Shown: positions 50,101 to 63,030 of the stretch, piece by piece
How the letters are laid out: every line of letters begins with the position of its first letter
How positions within the stretch are numbered: the first letter of the stretch is position 1
Source of the DNA: Harriotta raleighana
Taxonomy: Eukaryota
Assembly: GCA_050575255.1 (NCBI GenBank)
Contig: JBNZDD010013683.1
Coordinates: 4,062,456-4,126,455, forward strand
DNA length: 64,000 nt
Direction: 5' to 3'
The notes under the pieces: model-generated
Told to the model about the DNA's origin: nothing
Databases searched by the model: none
What the model saw: only the letters and a program-made list of their open reading frames with translations
Translations under genes and position numbers: made by a program

Positions 50101-50242
50101 TTTTTTTTGGGGGACGGATTATTATTAGGCATTTGTGTGGAGTAAGGAAACTTGCCCAGGTTTCGCCCTGATCTGCCTGGATTCGAACACAGGTCTCTCG
50201 CTTGTAAGGCAAGTGCTCTAACCAGTGAGCTACAGGTGCTCC
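50101..50242 (-). mobile_element. 5' half of the SINE with intact A and B boxes; a short plus-strand tail remnant follows (about 50250-50300)
   Basis: Reverse complement GGAGCACCTGTAGCTCACTGGTTAGAGCACTTGCCTTACAAGCGAGAGACCTGTGTTCGAATCCAGGCAGATCAGGGCGAAACC. Confidence 0.92.
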
Positions 50243-51983
50243 ATGTGTCTTGAAGGTGCGATGAGACGCAACATCAAATGCAACGATCATCATCATTATT
50301 ATAATACATTTATGAAAAATGACAATGGAATGTTGTGTTCAATTAATATTAGCATTTTCTAATTTAAAGCAGCACCAAGTGAAGATAATGATGAACGAGT
50401 GCAGTTGCCAGCAAACCCCAGCAGGAGAACAAAAAGGCTTGGATTCACTTGCAAAGTTCTCCCGTCATCATTATAGTGCCAAAAAAATAAACATTTTTTA
50501 CAAAGTAAAAACAAGCAAAGGTAGCTTTAATTCTATGATGCATTTGCCTGTCAGAAACCCCCTATTTCGGGCCTCCTTTTCACACTTATGGCTCCTCTGA
50601 CGTAGGCGAGGGGCAAGCCAAGCGATGACACAGTCAGCACTTCAGGCCATCTGGATGCTGCTACAGAGGCTTTTAAGCTGGGAAAGTTTAGTTCCTGACG
50701 TGCAACCTGCTGGCATTAACATTTCCTGACTGGGGCTTCTCTGCTTCAGCAAACAAGCTGAGCCTAAGTGCTGACTTCCAGTTTAGACTGTGGGTGACAA
50801 AGCAAAACTTGGTGGGGGGGTGGTTGTGCAAAAACACACGCACAGAGCACATCTGTCAAGACATGAGCAAGCAGTGCATCAACTTCTTCTCTCCTGGTGA
50901 ACTTCTGAAACACACACAGACAATAAAAATCAAAGGAAACACACTTTCAAATAGATTAAACTGTCAAAGGAAATAAAGACAAGATAACGAAAATGCCAGC
51001 AAGTCACATCCGCAACACACTACCCAAGTGTGCATTAACACAGTTCACTGGATCACTGGTAGCAACTCTATCCTACTCTGTTTCCATAAGTACACTCAGT
51101 ATTCTCATTAAGGATCGTTTTATCTTCCTCGATGAAGAAACAGTTATTGTGCCTTAAATTGTTGCGTTCCTTTCTTTGGCTGCATCAGGCAGCTGACTCG
51201 AGTTCAAAGCCAGCAAATTAATCCATTTGAAATATAAGGCCATTAAAAGAGAAAACAGAGGCTTTCCTTCCCAGTGGGTCGATAAACTGTCATTGGCAAA
51301 GGAACAAAGTCAGGTTCACAAACCTCGGTCAAACGAAAATTATTTTCATTTGTCAATTTAATGCCACATACAGTTATTAGATGTAAGGATACTTGGCACA
51401 AATACTAACAAAGTGCGTTAATCTTCCAAATATAGTATTCCTCATAAAATTATGAAGTTGGCACTCACCCAATATATCTCGGTGACACTAAAGCTGTACA
51501 GTGTTAGCGAACTAAATCTGGGTGAAAGTACCACATTCAAATCTGAGAAATGTGAATAAGAAAGCTGAAGAGAAAAGAGCTTAGCTAAAGTAGTGAGAAA
51601 GATGGGAGGGGTTATATGGGATGGATGGGTTTTGAATCAAGCAGCCACACCGCAGTTTGTCCTGTTCAGGCAGCTGAACAATTTCCACAATCCAATACCA
51701 ATCCCTGCCTCTTCCTTCCACCCCCACCCCCCCTTCCACCAATCAAGACAAAATTAGCAGGAGCAAGAGAACAATTTCTTCAGGATCATGTAGAAGTGTG
51801 TTCAACTGACAGCATTATATATCTTGTACACGACAGGTATATAGGCGCTATATTAGTACTGTGTTTGGCTTGTAATTTGGCTTGAATAATCCTTCTATTC
51901 AAATATAATTGGCACATCTACTGTGCATTTTAGTGTGTGAAAAAGAAGAGGGGCAAAAGGAGGAAATGGGAAATATTTGTCGC

Positions 51984-52105
51984 AATAATAATCCTTGTGT
52001 TTGATATGGCGCCTCATCACGGTCTTTGAGACGTCTCAAAGTGCTTTACAGCTTCATATACTGTGAAGTGTATCGACTATATATTTTGTGGGCCAAACGC
52101 GGCAG
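51984..52105 (-). mobile_element. SINE 3' part
   Basis: aataataatccttgtgtttgatatggcgcct...gagacgtctcaaagtgcttt...gtgggccaaacgcggcag. Confidence 0.85.
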
Positions 52106-52617
52106 AAATGTTCCAGGTATTTCCAAGGATCAGTTTGAAACGGTGATAGCATTGGGAGAAAACACACCATACAAAGTCACACTGTCACAGTTTTATCGTT
52201 ATCCGCGGAGGTAAGGTTATACTCAAGCGCACCGATATTTCTATATACAGCTCAGTTCCCCCGCTGGTTTTCAAAGTGAAACTGTAACCTGGGAAAAACA
52301 ACTCTGACAGCTCGTTGTTTTTAATGATAAAATAACAAGAAGGTTTTTTTTTTAAACAGTGAGAGCCCTGTTGCTAACCCCCTGCCAGCAGCAGCAAATA
52401 ATCAGAGGAAATGCCTCCAGAAATCAGTAGAAATGGAGGAGGAGGCGGCTATTTTACTTACATTTAATATCTCACTTAAAATCGCATGGAATTTTCATGC
52501 ACTGGAAACATTACCAGCCCGCTGATCAGAATATTGAAGCCAGGAATAGGTTATCCTGCTCAAAATAATTACCTTCATGAAATGATAAATAGTCAGAATT
52601 TGTTATTAATTTGTTAT

Positions 52618-52723
52618 AAATAATAATTTGCATTTGATATAGTGCCTGATCATGTCTTCGAGATCTTTCAAAGCGAATATACTGTACTGTAAAGTGAATT
52701 GGCTGTATATTATGTGGGCGAAA
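52618..52723 (-). mobile_element. SINE 3' part
   Basis: ttgcatttgatatagtgcc...tcaaagcg...ctgtaaagtgaattggctgtat...gtgggcgaaa. Confidence 0.8.
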
Positions 52724-52786
52724 TCGAAATAAATCTGTCTTCAGTGGCTGTAAAAGTATTACCATTCCTTTTGAAATATGCTCTAA

Positions 52787-52824
52787 ACACACACACACAC
52801 ACACACACACAGACACACACACAC
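52787..52824. repeat. (CA)n microsatellite (one interruption)
   Basis: acacacacacacacacacacacacagacacacacacaca. Confidence 0.92.
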
Positions 52825-53974
52825 AAAACAATAGGAAAAAAAATAATTTTGTTCACTGAGACCTTTATCAGGCAAGTTTAAAAAAAGGTAAACTGGATTT
52901 AGACAAGAATGCTGGCTCATGTCGCACTCACTTTACACTGAGAAATGTATGATCTTTGATTACTTCCTGATGGGATGCCTTTTAGCACTGACCCGTGACA
53001 CAATGCAGTTAAAGCTTCTAGACGTGCTCAGTCCATCAGAGAATATCTGACCCATAGAATCGCAAAGCCTTGAGAATAACTGAATGAAAAGCCATGTTTG
53101 TAGGCCCATTAAACAATGTTCAAACCTTGCTCATCTACATATAAGACCAATGGAATAAACAGCAGAGAACAGCAACCGCTCTTTAATTTGGGGAAAAAAA
53201 GTCATCAAGAATTCTCCATCACTCAATCTAAGCCCATAAACTATGTCATTTTTACAGCATGGCAGAAGTAACCTGATTATTTATAGCAATATTCAGAGTT
53301 TATTGCAGCTTACACTCGACTCGACTCAGAGCAAATGATAGCAAATGACTCAAAATGCTTTGTAATCGTACGTCTACTAACTCATGTCATTTTTAATAGT
53401 TCAATCGTCAATACTCGTGAGAAAACAACTGGGGTACAGAGATTATGGCAAGAACTCTGCTCTGCACAGCATTTGATATCCTGTGTAAACTGTCTAGCTA
53501 AACACCTAATCGGCTGCTTCCGTAACCTAATTGTTAACTAAAACTTGCACAAGGGATGTGCAGTTCGTTGCGAATGTATTTTTGGTAACTGACACCATGC
53601 CTTCAACCTGCAGGGGGCAGCATTCATTTCTTACTGTATTGGACGCGAGGCTGAAATATTTAAACTGCACAAAAATCCAGAAATGCAAACAAAATGCAAC
53701 AACTGCTTCAAGCATAACTTGCTCCCATATCCACGCATCCGAAGGCTTTCTGAACAGCGTAAAATAAAGCCAAGATAGCAAAATGTATTTACCATTTATC
53801 CAGTTTTCACTGATATGCAAATGTGTAATAGACCAAGAGAAGGGGCCTGAATCACAGTCTTGACAGTCAGTTCAGGTTTCAAGAACATACATGGGGAGGT
53901 GCTTGAGGAGGGTTGAGTTCCTCTTTCAAGTCGAGGCGGGAGCTTTAGGACACTATCTTGCTGATAATAATCTA

Positions 53975-54023
53975 TTCTAGAAGATGTGAAAAGCGCTATA
54001 TCAAAGGCAAGGACTATTATTAT
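53975..54023 (+). mobile_element. SINE tail fragment
   Basis: tctagaagatgtgaaaagcgctatatcaaaggcaaggactattattatt. Confidence 0.8.
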
Positions 54024-54291
54024 TCACGCTCTTTCTCACACACACATACACAGAGGGAAACCAACTCCAACCGATGTGAGTCTCAGTCAATAACATCTAC
54101 TTTCAAACAGAATAGCTTGTTAACCACAGGGGAAATGGAACTGATCAAGCTACTCTAAATATATTTTAATACCCTCCTGGGTGTTTTTTTGGAATGTATT
54201 ATACATTTTTTGGAATGTATTATACAAGCCTCTTCCCCCATTTCCAGAACTCTTTGATACTTACAGCGAAGACAACATTCTCTCTTTAGCC

Positions 54292-54621
54292 CAGGGGCTT
54301 CCAAACTTTGAATAGAGTCGCCCCCACTAACTCAGCAAAGTTTGCGTTGTGTCCCCCCCTCCTTCACACTCGGCTCCACACACTCGGGTCGTCAGCTCCG
54401 CCGGGGCTCCACCGCTGCCCGCTGGCTCTTTCTCTCTCGCTGCCGGCCTGAGTCACTGCCAGGTCCTAGCTCCGTCGCGCCCTCTTTCCACCCGCTGCCG
54501 AACAACGTATTAGCACACATCGCAACGTTAAGCAGAGTTTACCTGTAAGAAGAACAATAACAGCCCCCTCCCCCACCAAGCCAATGGTACGGGGGAGCGC
54601 CCCACAGTTTGGAAACCACTG
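54292..54621. mobile_element. hAT (Charlie-like) MITE
   Basis: TIRs CAGGGGCTTCCAAACT ... AGTTTGGAAACCACTG; flanks ctttagcc / cttttagac resemble a degenerate 8-bp target-site duplication; GC/CpG-rich interior. Confidence 0.82.
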
Positions 54622-55654
54622 CTTTTAGACAGTAAAAGCCTGAGACCCATTCTTCTTTCTCTCACTGGAAACACTTACTGCATCACTGAAGTCCTGTTGC
54701 TCTGTCAGGGTGGAAATGTTCTGCGCTGCACATGTTTCCATTGTTTCCAAAGCCAAAACGTTAACAGTTGTTTGAAATGGTTCTTCCTATCAGCTTTGTT
54801 CACAAAGCACTCCAAGCAATAATGAATCCAGCCTACACAGCTGTGCGACTCAGCTTTCCTCATGCTCTGAACTCAAATCACAACGACATGAATGAACCTT
54901 AACCCTTGTGTCTTCTCGAATCAAGAGATATAGATGACGTAACATTTTTTTTGAACAGATTAAATTGATCAGCTCTTGTATGTATGGCTTGCTGGCTCAG
55001 TGAGCAGACAGAACCCCATTGTACGGTCACACCAATGTTGCTCTTCAACCAAATAATAAAGTGGCATTGAGTCATTTTCATCAGCAACTCTTTATGTCCT
55101 TCTGTTGGGAAAGTGTTCCCACAGGTGGATGAGTTTAGGGAGATTATTTAATGAGAAACCACTGGAACAAATCCATCTCCAACTCATCCAAGATACAACA
55201 CATTGAATCACTGCCACATCCTCTTCCGTTTAACAAATCAAGCACATTTTTGGATCATAAGCAATTTTTTTTTCTTAAGTTGCCTCAAAGGCTATCGGAT
55301 GTAATATAAATGTATCCAATGATGAACGGAAGCACTTTTTACGCTGAATGATATACAGTATTCCTCTGGGTGACTAATAATATTGGATGAGCAAAAATTG
55401 CAACTGGGTTTGAGATTTATTTTTATTTATCCCCTTAAGGCGTTAACTGACACAATGCTGTGGGAGCTGTTTGAGTTGAATTTATTTTGTAGAGCACTAG
55501 GTGGAGCCAGTTATCTGAAACACACTGCATCTTCAGTTGTGGATACTTATGTTGTCACCTTGTTCCGAAACTGAATTGATTTTCTTCTCTTCCACATTCT
55601 TTTGAGATTTTCCCATGCCAGGACGCTGACTCCCAGCCAACTGCGCCCAGCATT

Positions 55655-55910
55655 GTCCCCATAAACAGCAATGGAGTGAGTGACCAATCTTATTTGGCCA
55701 GCACTCCGGGAGAAACTCCCTTCCTTTACATACTCCAGAATAGGCAGAGCGTTTAGCTCAGTTTAACATCTCATCCGCAGGACAGAACCTCAGGCAATGC
55801 CACACTGCATTGGAGTGTCATCTGAGACTATGTGACTCCAAGTCCCGACACAGGGCTTCAACCCACAACCTGACTCAGAGGTGAGAGAGCTATCAACGAA
55901 CCAGGCTGAT
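55655..55910 (-). mobile_element. Old Deu-domain SINE (SacSINE1-like)
   Basis: cagtttaacatctcatcc...ctgcattggagtgtca...caacccacaacctgactcagaggtgagagagctatcaacgaacca is the antisense of a tRNA-like head plus Deu core. Confidence 0.7.
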
Positions 55911-56664
55911 ATACAGATTTCAGTTGCTTTGAAAACAAATTTCAATGGTTAGACACAATTCAGCAATATGTCACTAACGCTCCACAATGCTGCATAAATA
56001 CGAATAAATCTAGACCTAGGCGGAATTCCTCCCTATCTGTTTGTTAAAATAATGGATTATTTTGGCTTCCAAAATTGCCAATCTAACCCTTTCATGTTTG
56101 TGTAACCAACAGCAGTCTGCAATTGAATAAATCACATCTTTAATAAAATCTTTTGATAATATTTGTGTTTTGTTAATATAGGAAATCTATTCTTTCATTT
56201 GTCTTCACTATCTAGCCCCAATTTTTGGTTTCAAATTTATTTTTAAAAATCATAGAAAAATGCAGCACACATATCAGAACCGTTGCCACAGCTACACAGA
56301 ATTTATGACCTTGAAGAGTGCACTAATTTTAATCCCATGAAACCTTAAAATTACTCAACTTTAACACACAGCGTCTGTTGCCAAACAGACAAAACACTGA
56401 TAACCACACAAACAACCATTGAAGAAAAGATTACATGTTTCTAACCACAAAATCAGATCAGTATTAATCCTGTGAAAATAAACTCACAGTGTACAAACTG
56501 ACATCTGGTCTGAAATACCTCCTCATAACAGCTCCCGTTCAATGGCTACAGTTATTATAATACATCAAAATCTTTTGCAAGCAGTTTTAACCTGCACAAA
56601 ATGCAAATACTTCTGGTTATGGGTCATTTAAGAGTATTTCACCTACAAAATACATTCACCACAC

Positions 56665-56745
56665 TTGACAGTACATTCTGTGAAGCATTTTGAGACATCT
56701 TTCTACAATGAAAGACATGGTACATCAAATGCAAGGATTATTCTT
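56665..56745 (+). mobile_element. SINE tail fragment
   Basis: cattctgtgaagcattttgagacatct...atcaaatgcaaggattatt. Confidence 0.7.
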
Positions 56746-57864
56746 ATATTTTCCAATGTCTCAATCATACAAGAGGAATCTTAATAATAGGGGACGTATT
56801 TATTGTTGGCTGTGAGCAGGTTGGGAATGCGTTAGCTTGCCACTTTCAGACACAACGTTGAAAATGCAAGCTTCTGGTACTAACACTCAGAACAGAAGGC
56901 ACAATCTCACAGAGCTATGCTGCCAAAGTGACGTAGCAATGAAATTCAAATGAATTATGATTTATGATTTTTTATGATTTTTTAAAGACAAGAAAATGAA
57001 TGTCCAGCTGAAATCCAGTGACCAACGACACAGGAACAAGATGCAAATCACGCATGCAAAACCAGAATATAACTATGCTTCACTATGAGGAATTAACATC
57101 ACACGAGTTAGATGCACAGGTAACACCAGATGCTAAAAGAAACACTTAGCAAAATCTCATTTTTTGTCTTAGCCTCTTACCTCCGTTGCAATAACTACCA
57201 GCCAGGAGATAAGACAGAACAGTACCCAGGCTGATCCAAACCATGGAGGAAATTGTATCAGTCATGATCAGAAAGGAAAGTCCCTTTTCCTAACATTAAG
57301 CTGTTGATTTGACGGAGGCCTGAACCTCTGTTGGTGGTCAGATAATCCTGCATTTCCTTGACAATCAGCCTGAGCTGTGACCCCCCTCCTCACACATCTG
57401 CCTGGCAGGCGAATACTGCAGCCCACAGTGATTCTGGTGGAGGGAGAACCACTGGCACAGCACCACCCGAGTCTTAAACAAATCCATCTGCAATTCCCAA
57501 GCCTTACTGTGGGAAGACTCTGGGAAAAGCAACTTTTGCAAACAGAATCCAGTTTGTTTCCGCAGATAATCGCCAGACCACACGGTCGGCTTAAGTAAAC
57601 TCGTGCGACAACAATAATAAACGCTTGAAAGCGAGGAATGACACTCGCTCCGCCACAGAAAGAATCAGATCCTAAAATAGGAAACACTAATTGTTATCTC
57701 AACAGTAGCATCTCTTTTTCATTTGAACCGGGCATAAATGAGGGCCAATTTCTGCGCCAAAGCTCTCGGTAGATAGATCCTAAATGCTATACGTATGTTT
57801 TCTGTATAAACGACTTTATAGTTTTAATTGAAAATGCAACAAGCTCATAGCATGGAATAGGACA

Positions 57865-57937
57865 ATACAATACAAATTTGTACTTATGTACTTTATTTTA
57901 TGCCTTTCACGTCAGGAGGACGTCTCAAGGTGCTTAA
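57865..57937 (-). mobile_element. L2 tail fragment
   Basis: tgcctttcacgtcaggaggacgtctcaaggtgctt. Confidence 0.7.
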
Positions 57938-59117
57938 CAACACTGGCTTCGCGAAGCTGGGGGTGGGAGTGCTTGTCGACTACTATTCCTAACCTTTGTG
58001 AGGCAGCAATTTCAACTGCGTGGCTATCCACCAGGTGGTTTCCCGGAGAGAAAGGGGGAATGGTTAAAAACTATCAGCGGGAAATTTCACCACTCACAAA
58101 TCTCCAAGGTGACAAGTCATGCAATTCCACTCCAGAGGCTGCAAAGCAGCTTTTAATAATAAGCTTTCCTGAGTGATTGATGATGGGGCAACTTCCAGAA
58201 CGGTCTCGTGTTCAACCTCTGAATGGTGGTACGTGAGCTGAACCTCAGCCGGGGCAAGTGTGGAGTGAGGACAGAATCAAACGCAACTGTGATGCCTAAA
58301 GGATTGAAGAGAAGGGTCTCGCTTTGCGCCCGTTGTTCTGCAAAGCCGTTATCTGCTAACTAATTAGATTAAGTAACAGAAACAAGGAGACAAGACTCTA
58401 CAATGGGAAGCCAGTGAAGTAGACAAGGATTTGTCTGATCCGTAACAGAGTACGTCCTCCAAACTCTCGAGAGATGTGAGAAAGCTGTTCGTCATTGATG
58501 CACAGCACCACAAAAAAAGCCAGATCAGCATCTTTAACTGTGTAACAAATCAGCTACTGTAGCAGCACCTCAACAATCTATAAAGCCTGGGCAGAATGCC
58601 AGAGGAGAAGCTTCTCTCACACTCTGCGACTTGAGGAACTCTCTCTCTCTCTCTCCCACACAGTGCATGTGAGCTGAACATTTTTTTTCCCTGTGTTACA
58701 GAAGCAAGCGGGGGTAGAGAAAAGAACATGTACTTGTCAAAATAAGAGACGCAAGGCCCAAGGGCAGTAAACAAGGAAGAAACACTCACACAGAATTGAA
58801 CAAAGTCTCAACTCTGTGCAGTCAAGAAAGAGTGAGATGACTATGAATCCTGTATTCATGTACAGGTACAACATTATTTAGGCCTTGAATAGGAAAATGG
58901 TAGGTGAAATGGTAAGAGATCCCGAAATACACACCATGCTCTGCCGAGTGACTCGGGTACTCTTTGAGTCAAATAGTTTTTATTAAGGCTTTATTAAGGC
59001 AAATGAAATAAAACAAGCTGCATCACTTTTAGTCTGCGATTTGTTTTATTTCATTTGCAAGACAAAATTGATAATTCCCTCGATGCTCTTGAGGCATGGT
59101 CGCTTCAAATATTAACC

Positions 59118-59339
59118 CGTGTAAACTAATGGAAAACATGCCACTGTGAATCTTATTAAAAATATATACAATATATATATATAAATGTTGTATCCTTTGT
59201 TGATCTACAGAATCGAGTTCAAATCNTCGTGTAAACTAATGGAAAACATGCCACTGTGAATCTTATTAAAAATATATACAGTATATATATATATATAAAT
59301 GTTGTATCCTTTGTTGATCTACAGAATCGAGTTCAAATC
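59118..59339. other. About 110-bp near-identical duplicate around a single N (59226); probable assembly artefact
   Basis: The copies differ mainly in the length of an internal (TA)n run, as expected for two alleles. Confidence 0.85.
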
Positions 59340-61812
59340 AACTCAGTTGGTAAGTTGACTATAAGCAGATACCTCATGAAGAGTGTTGTATATTTATTTC
59401 TATGTCTAGCTATGCTTTCAGACGTTAGTTTTCACATTGCTTTAAGAGCAATGTGAAAGCAACTTGCTCAGGTGACTGCTGACAACCTATGAAGTGCTGG
59501 CTTGATCAGGCCATCCTCTGGAGCAGGGTCTGGAGACCTGCTGAACAGTTGTCAATTGTGTTGCGGCAACTCTTCTGTTCAAGCTGATGAAGTTCCACGC
59601 GCTCTCTCAGAGCTTCAGGAGGATTCGGGGGTGGGGGGGGGAAATCAAACCTATAAAATAAAATTGAGTCTCGTTGTGTTTCCGGCTTCATTATAATGCA
59701 CCGTCAAGCATCAATGGTTCAAACATGCGGTCCACAAATTTCTGCGTTAAATAAATTATCAGTTAATATTCCAACGTTCAAACCTATCCAATTGTGCATC
59801 CTGTCAGGCAGCTGCAGGGGGCACCTCGCTATTACATTTGGAAAAAGGCGCCACATGTGGGGATGGTGGATTGGTACCCAGAGCACTGAATGATATGACT
59901 ATAGATCGGGTTCAAAGGAAATATATTCATTATATCTCTCACACGTTCAATGCCATTCAGGGGAATGAGAAGAACAATGTACCACAGGTTTATTGATTTT
60001 TATTTCACAGTTCAAAACCACAAAAGATTAACCAGTAGTTTTGTGTTTTGTAGATAATTTTTCCCTCCCTCATCCTATCTTTCAAGCCCCATCCCCCCCC
60101 CCAAAAAAAAATTGCTGGTTCAAGAGCCATACTGCAGAAAACATCCATCACTTCATTTGATACAATATAGAACAGGCTATATCCTCCGATGACTTTCCCA
60201 ATACCTCAGCTACGAAAGACTATTTGTCAGCCATGCAGCTATATCACATTGAAACAACCAAAATAAAAAGGCCTCACTTCAGCAATAATGACATTGCCCA
60301 CTCTCTTTGGTATGACATACAATATTACAGTCCCTGACACTTATAATGCAAAATCCTGCTGTTTCAATCTGCTTCTCTGCCAAACAAAATAATAGCTTTT
60401 GCATCCAATATAATTACGTTTTCAAATTCCTACATGGGCTTCGATGCTAAAACGTTATCCCCAAAAATAAACGATTTGATATTACGAACATGAATTATTG
60501 AACGGTCACAACTTTAGGTTATTCAGGTGACATCATTCATTTTCAGTAAATTAGCGCTGGCTCAGCTTTTACTAGCTTTAAAACAATGTACTATATTGTC
60601 ATGCAGTGCTCTAGGATTTATGATTTATTGTTCATCAGAAAGATTTCATTGCTTTTAAGCTGCTTACTTCAGGGCTTCATTCAGGAAGTACACTCCAGAG
60701 TTGCATTTTACACTTTAATACCATTCCAGTTAGGATAAAAAAAAAGATTACTACTGTTGTGTTGGTGGGGAGCAGATAGAGCATTTATTCTTTTCCTTCC
60801 CCTCTGCTAAGGGCAGGAAATAGTTTTTCTTCTGATACCTCTCTCCTCCATATCACCTCCAAGAGCTCCAGCCAAGCCAGCGACTCTGCTGAGCAACCTA
60901 GGGCTTAATTCACCAGAGCTGATTAGCTGAGAGGATCAACCACTGATCCACATATTTGGGGATAATGTCTTTGGTGCTCATCCAGATGGTACATCAGTTG
61001 TGGGGAGATATCTGCAGCAAATCTCTCCCGGATCAGGTAAACCACAGGGCAAGTTCAGGAGTGAGCCCTCAACAGCATGTCTCAACATCAAACCTCACAG
61101 GAGCACCCGCTATGTGATTTTGCTTTAATTTCCAATGGTTCATCCAGACTTCTGCAATCTGACGATTTATGAATGATACGCAGGTTTGTGCTCCAGTTCT
61201 GCGCCCACGGGGATCTGTATCGACACTTGTTAAAGTCACACAGGTCCACCAAAGTCCAGCCGTGAAATAAAACCAATATATTGCTCTCAGCCACCTGGAA
61301 GGTTTTGGATGTTGTTAATTTTCTTCAGTCAGGCAGTAAACATATCACTGGATGTATAGCTCAATCAATGATGTGATGTTACCAATCTGCTTAATGCTGT
61401 TGGTCCTTTCTTTGGCCATTAGCCGTCACTATGTCAGGCATATTTTAAATGATTTGAAAATTTGAACAAACATCTCAATTTAGCCATTGGCTTTAGGAAA
61501 ATAAATGCTTTTCAATCATGTATGGTTGCCCTACAGGTCCAATTATACTATTTGGAGTTGATAGTATTTGGAGTTACATTTCAGACTCGTTTAATATTTA
61601 CAGGAACCTTCCAGACTCGCGGTTATATTTCAATACACGACAAGGTTTAACCAAGATCCAGTCTGTACCCGTTGGTTCTGGTGACTCAGAGAACCGCTCA
61701 ACAGCCCACCGTAAGAGGGTGGAGAAGAAGAAAAGGATAGAGAGAAGTAAGGGAAACAAACAAATGCAGAAATGCAGGACAAAGCAGAAGAAAACTACAT
61801 TGATATGACGTA

Positions 61813-62030
61813 TAATAATGATAATAATAATAATCCTTGTATTTGATGTAGTGCTTTTCACGTCTTCTAGACGTTTCAAGGCATGTCACAGAATATACGG
61901 TAAAGTGTATATTTGTGGGCAGAACACTGCAGCCATTTTGCGCACAGCATACATAAGCGCTTTGGGACGTCGCTAAGATGTGGAAAGCGCTATATAAATG
62001 GAAGGATTATTATTATTGTTATTATTATAA
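61813..62030. mobile_element. Minus-strand SINE 3' part (61813-61950) fused to a plus-strand tail (61955-62030)
   Basis: The left and right tails are mutual reverse complements with (AAT)n/(ATT)n outer ends. Confidence 0.82.
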
Positions 62031-62300
62031 ATAAACCTCAATATTAAATCAGATTTTATGAATGCATAAACTAAATCTATTGCAAGTCTTTGTTCATTAC
62101 CTGTATTGGCTCAGTAGGATCATCATGACCCCTGTCTTAAATTTCGTGACATAGTTTCTTAAAATGTATGGTTTATTCATAAAAACAATCATTCTCCCTG
62201 ACGCCTCAGTTAATTAACTGCATAATCTCACTAAATCACTCGTATAATACACTTGTTCATTAAAATATTGTAAGATAATAGAAAGCACGAAAAGACGATG

Positions 62301-62547
62301 TAATAATAAGAATCTTTGCATTTGAAATAGCGCTTTTCACATCTTCTAGATGTCTCAAAAGCCAAATACGCATAACATTGTCCCACAAGTGATTGAAGTG
62401 ACCAATATGTTATTGTTTTTATTTTTGAGGGATTATTATCAGGCGTGTGGAGTAAGGAGACTTGCCCAAGGTGTCGCCCTGCCTAGAATCAAACCCAAGT
62501 CTCTCGCTTGCGAGGCGAATGCTCTAACCACTGAGCTGCACGACTTC
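62301..62547 (-). mobile_element. tRNA-derived SINE with internal deletion
   Basis: Head (gctctaaccactgagctgcacgac) and tail present; part of the core is missing. Confidence 0.88.
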
Positions 62548-62899
62548 ACACATGTAATCGATTTGAACAATGGCATTTTGAGGAAGAGCTGGATTCATCA
62601 TTTCCTCCATTCGGGTGCTAGAAATTTGGGGTTTTGGTACAAGTTAATGGAATATTAGACAGTGTAACTGGTGTTTGATGGTGGTTTAATATAATTACAC
62701 CAATCTGCTCACTTAGATATCATCTTCTGTACACAGATGGTATTTAAGAGAAAGCTCCAGATGGTAAGCACAGCCCACAATTGCTTCGTCTTACGAAGCC
62801 AGCTATCACATTTCCCAAAGCACATTTATTGCTGCCATACAAAATCCATTCATTCTTTAGCTTTCTGTTTCAGAGTTTAAGAATTCAAAATACAGATAA

Positions 62900-63030
62900 C
62901 AATACTAATAATAGTCATCCTCGCATTTGACATAGCGCTTTTCACATCTTTTCGACGTCTCAAAGCGCTTCAAGGAATTGACTGTACAGTATATTTGCGG
63001 GCAAAACGCGGCAGCCAAATGCGCACAGCA
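62900..63030 (-). mobile_element. SINE 3' part
   Basis: gcatttgacatagcgcttttcacatcttttcgacgtctcaaagcgctt...aaacgcggcagccaaatgcgcacagca. Confidence 0.85.

Noticed and set aside
57268-57687. 139-aa minus-strand ORF in the upstream intron
   Set aside because: Cys/Arg-rich random-looking composition, no NAV2 exon 1 motifs and no convincing splice sites.
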